Shown: in pieces, positions 44,716 to 55,547 of the stretch
How positions within the stretch are numbered: position 1 is the stretch's first letter
How the letters are laid out: each line of letters opens with the position of its first letter
IMG/VR virus record: IMGVR_UViG_3300048104_000741
Coordinates: 8,650-72,649 of that record
DNA: 64,000 nucleotides
Strand: one strand, 5' to 3'
Source of the DNA: a virus
Made by a program: the position numbers and the translations under genes
Notes under the pieces: generated by a model
Database searches by the model: none
What the model saw: the letters and a program-made list of their open reading frames with translations, nothing else
Told to the model about the DNA's origin: nothing

Positions 44716-46986
44716 ATGATTATCACGGAAAACAAAAACAAGCAAGTAGTTCGCTCACACAACTTCGATGAAGTAAAATGCACCATTGATGCAGAAGATA
44801 TGCGTTATGTAGCATCTTTGCTCCGAAACAATTACTCTAACACTCGTCTTGCAGTAGTGCGTGAAATTACCGCCAATGCGCTTGATGCCAACCTTGAGGC
44901 TAATGCTTCTCGTTCAATAGAAGTCAAGTTGCCAACTTCAATGAATCCATCATTTGCGGTTCGTGACTTTGGGGGAGGACTTAGTAAAGAAGATGTTTTT
45001 GGTCTTTATTCTAAGTACGGCAAGTCAACCAAGCGCACATCCAACAATTATATTGGCGCATTCGGCATTGGTAAGTTTGCACCACTTTCTTATGGTGATA
45101 ATTTTACTTGCACATCATTTCATGGTGGATTAAAAATCGCATACAATGTATTTGTCGATGAATCTGATGATACAAAAATCGTAGAGCTATTTAGTGAACC
45201 AAGCAACGAACCAACAGGATTGAGTATTGAGGTTGCGATTTCTGATGGAGATATTAATGACTTCAAAGATATTTGTCAAAAATTCTTTAAGTTCTTCTCA
45301 AAAGAAGATATGCCTAAATTTATCGGGGCAGAAGAAAATTTTATCAAAGAGAATAAGGTCACATTAGAATCGAAAGATGATTCTTGGTTCTTCTTGGATG
45401 AAGATTCGGGTAGATACAGATATGGGGGTTATAATGCTCATGTTATTATGGGTAGAGTTTCCTATCCTTTAGACTCTCAAGCATTGAATGTTAAAAAATT
45501 CGTGCAAGACGATCAAAAAGCTAGTATAATTGGACAAATTATAGGTTCAAGTAATTTCTACTTGCGAGTACCTCTAGGTTCAGTAAAATTACATCATAGC
45601 AGGGAATCCTTGGAGTATAACAAAACTACTCAACAAAAAATTATTGATAGTTTATTGGTAGTTGTCGATCAAATTCAAGAGATTTCCAAAGAAAAGTTGG
45701 CAGATTCAACTGATCTTTTTGATGCTAAACGCAATTACGCTAGAATTGTCAACGCTATGCCTTATGGTATTCGTTCTGTATTTGAGAATAGCTTTGAATG
45801 GAATGGTGTAAAGATTGACTCTTCTGTTTTTAACAGAGATTATAGTCTGCAAGACAATTTGATTCTTACTCATTCTTGGAAAGAAGATGACTCTTCATCT
45901 CGCAATGGTTTCAAGATTCGTTCTCAAAAAGTGACTAGAGTTGAATGTCAAGACAATTATTTGTTCGTTATGCAAGATTTAGAATCTGCTCATGGCATGA
46001 ATCTGCGAGTCAGAACATTAATGAATGCAGATGATTCGCTCAAAGGGGTTTATATTATTCGTGCAGTTGATAGCATCGCAGAAGATCATATTTACAATGA
46101 ATGGAACTTCAATTTGATCGACAAAAAGCATATTCGATATGCCTCAAATGTTGAGAAAGAAAAAGTTCAGCATAGTGGAGTGCGCAAGAAAAATGGTAGC
46201 CGAGCAAACATTCCATTGTTCAAAATGGTAACAAAAAAGTCAAGTTGGGCAAACAAGAATCTTGACTTTTGGGAAAATGTCAAGGATAAAATTGAAGATG
46301 CCTCTAGCGTAGATGGTTCTTATAATGGCAAACTTGTATATATTCCAATCAAAAACTACAAGATTGAATATAATGAGTACACTCTCGACATCATCTATGC
46401 CAAGATGCAAAGATTCAATGGGCTTCAAAAAGAATCCGAAAAAAATAAAGTCTCTTTATTTGGTGTTCGGGTAGGAGATGTTAAAAAGTTAGACGATTCT
46501 ATTTGGATTTCTTTTGATACTTTTTACAAGCAAGTCGCAAAAGATTTTCTATTGTCTGACATTAACTCTGCTAATGCTTCTTATACGCATAACAAACTTA
46601 AATTTGATCCAAGTGGACTAAGTGTGTATGTTCAAAATTTAGGCAAATTATTTATTAATAATTTTGTTGCGAGTAAAAAAGGTCATTCTCTTAATGTGGT
46701 TGCAAAGAATTGGAAGATGTTTGCTGATATTGGAAACCATACCGCATATAATTATATTCAGTTTCTTCGTAGTACAGATAAAGAGTGGCTTGAATCCAAC
46801 CTCACGCAACTTGTAACTGCAAAAGAATTGTTGGCTCAATTAAAGTTAGTTGAAAAGCAATATCCTTTGTTGGTCAATGTTTCTGATATGTTCTCCTCAT
46901 GGCATGGCATCGAAGAAAATAACTTGCTTAAAAATTTAAACGAATACATTTCCTTGTGTGATGATAACAGAGAGGGGGAAGGGTGA
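44716..46986 (+). CDS. rIIA: rIIA-like protein (N-terminal GHKL ATPase)
   Basis: YSN..LAVVREITANALDA, VRDFGGG, STKR.SN..IG.FGIG, SRESL.Y; adjacent to rIIB. Confidence 0.88.
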   Translation: MIITENKNKQVVRSHNFDEVKCTIDAEDMRYVASLLRNNYSNTRLAVVREITANALDANLEANASRSIEVKLPTSMNPSFAVRDFGGGLSKEDVFGLYSKYGKSTKRTSNNYIGAFGIGKFAPLSYGDNFTCTSFHGGLKIAYNVFVDESDDTKIVELFSEPSNEPTGLSIEVAISDGDINDFKDICQKFFKFFSKEDMPKFIGAEENFIKENKVTLESKDDSWFFLDEDSGRYRYGGYNAHVIMGRVSYPLDSQALNVKKFVQDDQKASIIGQIIGSSNFYLRVPLGSVKLHHSRESLEYNKTTQQKIIDSLLVVVDQIQEISKEKLADSTDLFDAKRNYARIVNAMPYGIRSVFENSFEWNGVKIDSSVFNRDYSLQDNLILTHSWKEDDSSSRNGFKIRSQKVTRVECQDNYLFVMQDLESAHGMNLRVRTLMNADDSLKGVYIIRAVDSIAEDHIYNEWNFNLIDKKHIRYASNVEKEKVQHSGVRKKNGSRANIPLFKMVTKKSSWANKNLDFWENVKDKIEDASSVDGSYNGKLVYIPIKNYKIEYNEYTLDIIYAKMQRFNGLQKESEKNKVSLFGVRVGDVKKLDDSIWISFDTFYKQVAKDFLLSDINSANASYTHNKLKFDPSGLSVYVQNLGKLFINNFVASKKGHSLNVVAKNWKMFADIGNHTAYNYIQFLRSTDKEWLESNLTQLVTAKELLAQLKLVEKQYPLLVNVSDMFSSWHGIEENNLLKNLNEYISLCDDNREGEG

Positions 46987-47096
46987 TAACTTCCCTCTCT
47001 CAATCTTTTTTAAAATAAACACTTGACATTAAATAGAAAATCACTATACTAGAACATATTATTAATTATAGAAGTAACAATAAAAACAAAAACATT

Positions 47097-48257
47097 ATGA
47101 ATAAAGTACCATATACATTAAGTGAAAATTCACTCACCATTTTTTGGGAAGGCAAGCCTTACACATTGCGCAATGACCATCCCAATTTTAATTTAGCTAA
47201 GAAAGCTATTTTTGATGCAAGATACGATGATCTAGGAGATTTGCTAGACATTAGCAAGTCTATCGAGAATTTCGTTGAGGGTGACATTGAGGTCAAAGAC
47301 GAAGTTGTTTACTACAAAGGTCATCGTTTGCATGGTGTTGTGGTTGACAAATTGCTCGAAATGCTTCGTGCAGGAATGAAGGATTCTGCTCCTCTTACCA
47401 ATTTTATTACTCGCTTGCAAGCCAACCCAAGTGCAAATTCAGTCAATGAATTGTATTCTTTCTTGAGCTACAAGTCTCTTGCAACCACTCCCGAAGGTAT
47501 GGTTTTAGGTTACAAGGGTGTTCAAGGTGACTTTTGGAGTTCAACAGGTAATGCTGATACCATTGTGGTTCAAGGCAAAACCAATGAGCGCCATCAAATT
47601 CTCAACGAAGTCGGGGCAACAATCGAAGTTGCTAGAAGATGCGTTGATGACAATAAGGACAATCATTGTTCTTTTGGTCTTCATGTTGGATCATACGATT
47701 ACGCAAATGGTTGGGCAGGAGAAAGTGGACGCTTACTTCTTGTTGAATTTGATCCCCAAGATGCAGTTTCAGTTCCAACTGATTGCGATTTCCAAAAACT
47801 TAGGGTTTCTAAGTACAAGGTGATCTCCGATATTACTGACACTCGAAAAGAGTTAAATACACCTGTCTACGAGGCTAATAAGCCTATCTATGGGTCAGAT
47901 GATGATGTCGATTATGATGATCTTGACGAAGATGTGGATAATTTCTTAGATTCAGATGATGATCTTGATGAATATGGAGAACCAAAAGTCATTCTTCCCG
48001 ATAATTACGATGATGATGATTTCGACATGGACAATACTGAATCAGAAGACAATGAAATGTTGCGCCTTGCGATTCGCAATTATGTTGAAAACAAACATGA
48101 ACAAGGTATTGACCCAACAATCAATCATGTTAATTCTCTTAAAATTTGCAGAGATTCGGACATGACTTGTCGTAAGGTTTTTGAATTGTTGGTTAATATG
48201 GGTTTTGATATAGAAGATAGTGAATACAAAACTTTAAGCCAATTACAAGTTTCTTAA
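47097..48257 (+). CDS. rIIB: rIIB-like protein
   Basis: NPS..V.ELY.FL, GYKGV, CSFGLHVG..YA, P.D.VSVP.D..KLRV..Y.V. Confidence 0.9.
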   Translation: MNKVPYTLSENSLTIFWEGKPYTLRNDHPNFNLAKKAIFDARYDDLGDLLDISKSIENFVEGDIEVKDEVVYYKGHRLHGVVVDKLLEMLRAGMKDSAPLTNFITRLQANPSANSVNELYSFLSYKSLATTPEGMVLGYKGVQGDFWSSTGNADTIVVQGKTNERHQILNEVGATIEVARRCVDDNKDNHCSFGLHVGSYDYANGWAGESGRLLLVEFDPQDAVSVPTDCDFQKLRVSKYKVISDITDTRKELNTPVYEANKPIYGSDDDVDYDDLDEDVDNFLDSDDDLDEYGEPKVILPDNYDDDDFDMDNTESEDNEMLRLAIRNYVENKHEQGIDPTINHVNSLKICRDSDMTCRKVFELLVNMGFDIEDSEYKTLSQLQVS

Positions 48258-48429
48258 AGATTTTAATAAAAAATATTGAAATAAAAACTTCTTTTCATAT
48301 TATAAAGATATGGAAGAAAATAAAAAATTATCAGATATTACTAGCGTTGAAGAATTAGATTTATTTATCGGGGATGACGATATTACTGAAGAAGAATATC
48401 AAGATTTAGTTTCTTACATTCAAGATAAA

Positions 48430-49140
48430 AATGCTAAAAATAATTAATTAAATTTTTAATAATGGGTATTGTAGCGAGGTTAATTTGTTGTCCTTGGTTA
48501 AACTTCATCACCCAACTTGTAACTACATAAAAGCAAGTTAATTTTTATTATTTCAAATAAATCTTTAAATTATAAGTTCACACAGGAAAATGATAATTTC
48601 AAATGCTTTTTTTTATTTTCTATTTCCTTCTTTAAATAACTATCCCAACTATACAATATATAAAGATTAGTATAAGGGAATATATAAAGGATAATATAAA
48701 GATTTACATATAGATAAGATATATAATTAAAATGAATAAATTATTAAATATTATATTTTAGGGAGTGGCGAAATTAATTATATAAAAATATTATGAAAAT
48801 TAAAATACTATCAATTATAAAAAATACTATAAAATATATTACAAAAAATATTATATCAAATAAAAAAAAGAACCAAGCGCAAAATAAAACAAATAAAAAA
48901 ACTTTACGAATAACAAGAAATCAGTATGGATTTTTTTCAGTCGAAAATAAAGAAAAATAAATAATAATAGAATTAAATAAACAATTATAATAAATAATAA
49001 AATATTTAAACTAAATAAATATAATAATAAATTCGCGCCAAATAACTAAAAACAAATTTTAATAAAGTTAAATAATAAAATATTTGAAATAATAAAATAT
49101 AGAATCAAAATAATTAAACAAGAAATAAGTTAAAGTAATT
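48430..49140. other. Extremely AT-rich non-coding tract (candidate origin or control region)
   Basis: About 700 bp without long ORFs; A-rich + strand; recurrent GCGCSAAATAA motif. Confidence 0.4.
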
Positions 49141-49142
49141 TG

Positions 49143-49219
49143 GAGGGAGTAGCTCAGATGGATAGAGCATCTGCCTTCTAAGCAGAATGTCGTGAGTTCG
49201 AGTCTCACCTTCCTCGCCA
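49143..49219 (+). tRNA. tRNA-Arg(UCU), CCA encoded
   Basis: Acceptor GAGGGAG/CTTCCTC, D-arm GCTC/GAGC, anticodon arm tctgc-ctTCTaa-gcaga, T-arm gtgag-TTCGAGT-ctcac. Confidence 0.96.
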
Positions 49220-49675
49220 AATAATTAAACAAAATATTTTATATAATATAAAAGCAAATAATAAATAATAATGCTTGACATAATATAAAAAATTATTTAA
49301 TGTTAAGACTCAAACAAAAATTAATCCAAATAATAAAACAAAATGAGTTTAGCAAAAGAAATAAATAATAGATTAGATGAAATATTATATATGCGCAAAG
49401 AGATGGAACGCATGGAGACAGACCTAAAGGAGGGTGAACCCCTAAAGAATATAACAACAGGCGAGAAGACAGACAAGGAGGGCGCAAAGAAGGTTGTCGA
49501 AGCAATGATCGACCAAATAAAGTCCGACCTATCCTCTCTTACCAACAAAGGTCAAAATGTAAGAGATATATTTACAAATAAGTATTATATAAATGACTTC
49601 ATGCAAGATAGAGAGATACTAGAGAGCGCGCGAAATAATTAGAAACAAAATTTTTATATTTTAAATAAGTATATA

Positions 49676-49873
49676 TTATTTAATTTTATCAATTTTTTTA
49701 ATTAATAATTTTCGTTCTGTAATAGGCATTTCTTTATATACTTTATATGCTATACTCCTAGAGTTCATTAATCTCTGAAAGGGAGTGCCATTTACTTCGT
49801 AAAATAATAAAGAAGAATTAAAAAATTTGTGCGCCAAATACTTAACAATCTTTTCTTTATCTTTTCCTTCCAT
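49676..49873 (-). CDS. Hypothetical protein
   Basis: Preceded by GTGTA-N9-ATG (49887-49883). Confidence 0.55.
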   Translation of the reverse strand: MEGKDKEKIVKYLAHKFFNSSLLFYEVNGTPFQRLMNSRSIAYKVYKEMPITERKLLIKKIDKIK

Positions 49874-50631
49874 GCGTTGTAATACACTGCTGAAGCGGAT
49901 CTTGAGGGAAATTATAAATAATTAAGTATAAAATAAATTAAAATTAAAATAAATTAATGTTAAATAATAAAATAAATTAAAAAATGCTTGACTTAGTCTG
50001 AGTATGGCGCTAGTATGGTTCTATCAATCACATTAATCACACACAAAAAAAGGAAAAATAATGAGTTTAGCAAAATCAGCAAGAGCAAGCGCAGTAATGA
50101 GTAAGGTAAAAGGAGGCGACCCTTTCGCTTTTACTCGTAGGTTCTTGGGTTACAACGAGGCAAAAGAAGGTATATTAGCTCAACAAAGACAGGCTAGTAT
50201 AAAACTACAAAAAATTCTGTTTAATAAAAAAGTGAGGGGGGTAGCATAATGGATACAACAATAAAGCCTCTTAGTGATAAAGTTAGTATGTTTGCAACCA
50301 ACGAAGAGTTGTATAACCAATTAACTCCAAAAGAAATTTCTTTAATTAAATTAGTTAAAGCAGAAGAATTCCTAGAAGATTTATACGGATCAATAATATA
50401 TCCACAGACACAGGATATGTTTCCGCCCAAAAATAGTTACAATAAAATAAAAGACTTATTAAAAGAACTGCGCCAATTAAATAAATAATGAATAAACATA
50501 CTTATAATAATAACTTTAAATATAAAGGACAATCAATAAACATACTAGTATGGAATAAAGATTTTAATCCCTGGAAAACAAAATTAATACTTGACAAATA
50601 AAAAATAAATTTATATAATATAAAACATAAT

Positions 50632-50934
50632 ATGAAATATATAATTATAACTTGCTTAATACTATGCGGTTGCACCTCTCACATTTCCAAAAAACTTCCA
50701 CCTGTTGAAGACACTTCTAAAAAACTTCCACCTCTTGCAGATGGTTATCATAGACTCTTTGATAAGAATAGTGATAGATATGAAGATATTAGATGCATGA
50801 GAAATCCAAAAAAAACTTATGTAACGCATCAAGGGTGCATTATGTGTTGGATAGGTGATGATTTGACGAGTGATTCGCGCGATCCTATAATTATGGATCT
50901 TAAATCTGGATACGGAAAACGAAAAAAGAAATAA
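50632..50934 (+). CDS. Putative lipoprotein with internal 10-aa duplication
   Basis: LCGC lipobox-like; SKKLPPVEDT-SKKLPPLAD. Confidence 0.55.
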   Translation: MKYIIITCLILCGCTSHISKKLPPVEDTSKKLPPLADGYHRLFDKNSDRYEDIRCMRNPKKTYVTHQGCIMCWIGDDLTSDSRDPIIMDLKSGYGKRKKK

Positions 50935-51133
50935 TGAAATACATTTTAATTACATTAATTTTTATTTGCAGTAGTTGCGCGAACAGGCAAACTGTATTCA
51001 CGAAAGAATTAGATGGTTTCGACCACTCATGTCCTACTAAAGGTCATGGAGATTGTTTCCTCTGTGATTCAAAAGACTTTCGGATAAAAAAATACTTGAC
51101 AAATAAATAATAATATACTATAATACTAAACAT

Positions 51134-51388
51134 ATGACAAATACAAAAAAATCAACCGCAATTAACTTTGCTTATTCAAGTTTAGGCTTTTTTGCCGTTT
51201 CATTTTTCATCTGCATTGTCTCCCAAGGTATTGGGGGTTATGGAATGCTTGCTTCTTGCCTCCTTGGTCTTGTGGCATTTGTACTTGGCTTAGTAGAAAA
51301 GAATGCTAAAGCATGGGGATTAGGCTTAATAGCCCCTGTTTTGTTCTTTGCTTTGGTTGTTATAGGTTTAGCAATGGGGATAAGATAA
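51134..51388 (+). CDS. Small membrane protein
   Basis: Three hydrophobic helices. Confidence 0.7.
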   Translation: MTNTKKSTAINFAYSSLGFFAVSFFICIVSQGIGGYGMLASCLLGLVAFVLGLVEKNAKAWGLGLIAPVLFFALVVIGLAMGIR

Positions 51389-51400
51389 ATAAAAAATAAC

Positions 51401-51429
51401 TTGACTTTTAACAAATAATAGAGTATACT
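51401..51429 (+). promoter_or_regulatory. sigma70 promoter of the candidate ncRNA
   Basis: TTGACT-17 nt-TATACT, not followed by an ATG. Confidence 0.8.
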
Positions 51430-51475
51430 ATATAAATCATTGAGAAAGCTAAACTCAATTAAATCAAATAAGTTT

Positions 51476-51487
51476 TGATCTTTAACA
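51476..51487 (+). promoter_or_regulatory. boxA-like antitermination element
   Basis: TGATCTTTAACA, one mismatch from TGCTCTTTAACA; small boxB-like hairpin at 51440-51458. Confidence 0.65.
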
Positions 51488-51496
51488 TTTTAATTT

Positions 51497-51766
51497 CTCA
51501 CAGGTAGCCAATTATAACAATATAGTTTGGACTGAAAAACTACCTGTGAGTAACACTTTGGAAGGGCTTATAATCCTTCCTGTGGGTGACTGAGTAAGCC
51601 TGTGATGAGCGGGCTAAAGTATGCAGATCCCTGTGGTAGGGATGGTAGAGTCCAATCGGATGAGCCAAATGACAAATACCATGTCTAGTCTGTAGTACGA
51701 AGTAGGTACACCATGAACTGATGTTCATCCCGAAAAGTCGGAGGTATACAGTAGTCCTCCCCCACA
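51497..51766 (+). ncRNA. Unidentified structured RNA
   Basis: GC-elevated island with many helices, closed by tgtggg/cccaca; own promoter, boxA and terminator. Confidence 0.7.
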
Positions 51767-51796
51767 TCTATTTATCTATTGTCTTGTTCTATGTTT

Positions 51797-51848
51797 ACCC
51801 CCTTGTGATTCCTGCGATATTCGCTAACGAATCACAAGGGGGTTTTTT
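51797..51848 (+). terminator. Intrinsic terminator
   Basis: acccccttgtgattc/gaatcacaagggggt plus T tract. Confidence 0.88.
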
Positions 51849-51886
51849 GTTTGACAAAATAAACGAGATCCGTCATACTTATAAAC

Positions 51887-52234
51887 ATGATAGGAATAAA
51901 TATAAACGACAAAGAACAATCTTTTACCGAGCAAATAATGGCTGGAGATAAAACAATAGAGACGAGAAATTCAAAGTCTCTTCATCCTTATATAAATAAA
52001 GTAGTAGGTATAATAAGAACAGGTAAAGGTAAAGCTACATTAGTAGGGTATACAAAAATAAAAGAAGCAAAAAAATATAATAATAATTTTGATAAAGATT
52101 ATAATAAACATTTAGTTGCCCCCGATTCTCCTTATCATGGTCAGGATAAATGGGGATATATTTTAGTCGATTCATTTCGATGCGAGCCAAGATTAATTAC
52201 CTCTAAAGGTATAGTTTCCCGAAAATTAGTTTGA
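51887..52234 (+). CDS. ASCH domain protein
   Basis: I.AG.KTIETR motif. Confidence 0.75.
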   Translation: MIGININDKEQSFTEQIMAGDKTIETRNSKSLHPYINKVVGIIRTGKGKATLVGYTKIKEAKKYNNNFDKDYNKHLVAPDSPYHGQDKWGYILVDSFRCEPRLITSKGIVSRKLV

Positions 52235-52744
52235 CACATTAACCATTAACCGTTATAGTATACTCATGATCAATACACTATTAAAAATTATATCTAAAGA
52301 ACAATTCGGCTTTGTCGATTCTAACGACCTTAAGGTGATTGAGGAGGAGATGCCCACCCTTCCATTGCTAATGCGTTTTGGAGCCTGTCGCGAGATCTCA
52401 GAAGCGTCTCTAGTTAAGACCATTATCTCGGAGAAGGAAGCAGCCGGAGATTATATTCGAGATGTCTCTATTCCTGCGAGAGTATTAGACGCGATGTATG
52501 AAACTCCACCCATTCGCGGGTTTGAATCTGAGGTTAAAACTGCCATTGAAACCTTAAGGGCGTAATGGAGCTATTCTTTATTATTGCCTTTGCAATCATC
52601 CTCGGAATAAAACTCTTAAACGAAAATTAATATATATAAATATAGTATACAGTATAATATAAAATACAAAATATAAAATAATATAAAAAGCAAAAAATAT
52701 ATGTATAAACAATAAATAAATAAAATTTTCTTATCATAATAATT

Positions 52745-52775
52745 CCCCTCGTTCCATTCGGAGCGGGGGTTTTTT
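52745..52775 (+). terminator. Intrinsic terminator immediately before repeat R1
   Basis: cccctcgttcc-attc-ggagcggggg plus T6. Confidence 0.8.
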
Positions 52776-52798
52776 ATTGACTTATTCTCTTGCTTTCA

Positions 52799-52870
52799 TA
52801 AGTGGTTGAGTATTAGTGACTTACAGCTGGCGGCTGCCGGATTCCTAAGTTGATGATTATCAATTACTTA
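52799..52870 (+). repeat. 72-bp box-core-box element R1
   Basis: TAAGT-N15-ACTTA, 22-nt core with cggcTgccg, TAAGT-N15-ACTTA. Confidence 0.9.
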
Positions 52871-52933
52871 GCCAAGTTAAATTAATTTAACTTTTTTCTT
52901 GCTATATTTGAAGAACTACCTTAGTATGTATAT

Positions 52934-53335
52934 ATGATTAAGAGAAACCAACACGACCCACGATACATCATCAAGTCAAACCGACCTGTTTATGTATACA
53001 AGAATCTTCACAAGGACTGCTGGTCAGTCAAGCAACACGGATTAGTCAAGGCTCATATCCCAAGAGATCATTCAATTGGAATGTGGGATTGCTATTTCCA
53101 TGTTGATGTTAAGGGCAGAGAAAAGGTTCTTCGTGAGAAGCGGAAGAATGTTCATGCGTTTGTCAAGGGTTATCTTCAAGATGCAGAGAATGTAGACACC
53201 GATCTTCCCGCGACAGAGGTAACATATAATCCATATAAGTATGAGACTTTTGTTGACAAGAACACCGAAAAGTTTGTATACTATGCAGATCAAGTTTTAC
53301 TACAACACAACCAAGTAACCGCCTACACAAGATGA
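52934..53335 (+). CDS. Conserved phage hypothetical protein
   Basis: VYKNLHK.CWS, REKRKNVHAFV.G, YNPY; leaderless TTGCTA-17-TAGTAT-6-ATG. Confidence 0.75.
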   Translation: MIKRNQHDPRYIIKSNRPVYVYKNLHKDCWSVKQHGLVKAHIPRDHSIGMWDCYFHVDVKGREKVLREKRKNVHAFVKGYLQDAENVDTDLPATEVTYNPYKYETFVDKNTEKFVYYADQVLLQHNQVTAYTR

Positions 53336-55252
53336 GAATAGAAGAAAGAATGATAGACTATGCCCAAAAGTGGTATAAAGAAAACGACCTAGAGACAGAG
53401 AAAAAGAACGGAAACGATCTTTATCTTCGAGTCAATGACAATGTATTTACTGAAGTCTCACACTGCGACATCAGACAAAAAGCCATTTTATGGTTGCAAT
53501 CAGAACTAGAAGGAGTTATGTATAATTAAATGAAAGAAGAATTAAATGCAATTAAACATTCTATTGACGGACTCAGCGATGAAATGCTAGAACATCGCAG
53601 ACACGCTAATATGGATGACCTTGTTAAAGTTATGAAAAGCATTAACGAAAACCTCTACTCAATCACATTTGCTCTTGAGGATTTGGCTAAAGAGAAAAAG
53701 ATGCAAAACGAGTTGACAGTCGCACTAAAATAGTTTAGTTTTATATTATGAAACAATTATTAGTTAAAGTTCCCGTGTCACAATGCATTCAAGAAGTCCT
53801 CGACTATATTCAGTATAGCGAAATGGAGGGCGAAGTGGATCCGACAGATTCGTGGTACACCACATATCAATCACTACAAGAGTTGCAAGAGAAAGTTCTT
53901 GATGAAGAAGAAATGTCTTGACACAATTATTCATTTAGTATAGTTTTATATTATGGAAGAAACAATAGACATCACACCAAAATGGACAGCAGTCGTTAGA
54001 ATATTAACTGAAGTGCTGAAAAGCCCAAATGCCGGAAATGCAGATAAGCAAAATGCCACCAATGAATTGCTAAAACTTGCAAAGATCGTGGACGATCAAA
54101 ACGAAAGAGCAAAACAATGACACAAGCAAAGATAAGAGAAACCATTCTAGACATAGTCAGAGGAGAAATGGCATATGCCGATCCAATGTCCAAAGTATGC
54201 CTAGAGCAACATGAACGCCATCCTGAAAAGTTTCCACTTGGTAGCACTTTTCAGTCCGCAGAAGAAGTTTTAGAAGATATTGTTTTAAGCTTGACCTCAT
54301 TGCAAAATGAGCTTAGGATAGAATCATCTTTTCAATCAGCACAACTATAAACACAAGGAACAACATGACAAAAGCACAGATAGAATCAAGAGTAGAAGGA
54401 TGGAATTGGAACATGAACATCTTCGAGATATACGATGAACTCAGAGATGGGCATACAGGAGAAGAGCAAGAGCAACTTTTAACTCATGCATATAATTATT
54501 TCAATAACGATGTAATGATTAAAGAGCTTGCGAATCATTTTTGCGTAACTATTCATACAGACGAAGACTCACCGATACCTTGCTAAAATGAAGATGACAG
54601 AGATAAACATAAGAAACGAAAACATAATCCCTCAAGGTCAACATCTTGCCGTGATCGAAAGAAGCGATTTCTATAAGGACGACTACGATCAAGCTCTTAT
54701 TCTTTATGGATGGGATGAGGTTGGGACATTTGAATCAGAGTTTAAAGATCCGATTTATGTTTTTATTTCTTGACATCATCTAAAAAACCTACATAATTAA
54801 AATCATGAACAACTACATAGAAGCAGTATGCGAAGGCAAACCACTTGACCTTCCTAATTATAACGAAAATTCAGAGCAATGGGAGATTTACTTTGAGGAG
54901 TCAGCGACACCTTATCACCCATACGATCAAAGAGATTTACTCGCAGTAAGTTTCGATTCAGCACAAGAAGCTTGCGACGCTTATAATTTCTACAACACGA
55001 GAGGAGAAAGCAAATAACATGAAAAAACTATTATTAAAAATTTATCGTTGGGTTAATCCTCTATACCAAGTGGTTTATACCACCCAAGACGGAAGAACAG
55101 AAATGTACACAATTACAGAACCTCAATATAAAAACGAATTCGGCAACATAAAAGAAGGTAAAAAAGTTGTGGGTTTTAGAAGCTTTTGTATCAATCGAGA
55201 TGGCATTCGCTCTTTTCGCTACGATAGAATCACAGCCTTAAATAAAGTTTAA
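53332..55252 (+). other. Cluster of small hypothetical ORFs in module R1-R2
   Basis: Co-oriented ORFs of 55-77 aa with internal promoters. Confidence 0.65.
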
Positions 55253-55412
55253 TATGAAAAATACTGAAGTTAAAAAAGACGGATTAAAAACCTCCCTAAG
55301 AAAGTTTGGGCATATGCTAGCCCATAGAGAAATGAGAGGAGATGTCTCCGAGAGTTTTAAAGAGAAAGCAGAAAAACATAGGCTCAAGCTAAGAGCTTTT
55401 TACAAGCAGAGG

Positions 55413-55484
55413 TAAGTCCCTCTAGGTCAACGACTTGCTCGAGCCGCTGCCGCGCGACTTAAGTCGCTGATAGGCAACAATTTA
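55413..55484 (+). repeat. Element R2
   Basis: TAAGT-N15-ACTTG, core ccgcTgccg (22 nt), TAAGT-N15-ATTTA. Confidence 0.88.
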
Positions 55485-55547
55485 CAAAAACATATTTTAT
55501 TTAACTTTTTTCTTGCGTTAATTATTAAATTAGCTTACTATGTATAT

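Noticed and set aside
50686-50740. 30-nt tandem duplication as a functional repeat array
   Set aside because: Only two in-frame copies within a lipoprotein linker.
51540-51951. ORFs 51540-51767 (-) and 51721-51951 (+)
   Set aside because: Atypical composition; they overlap the structured RNA, terminator and next promoter.
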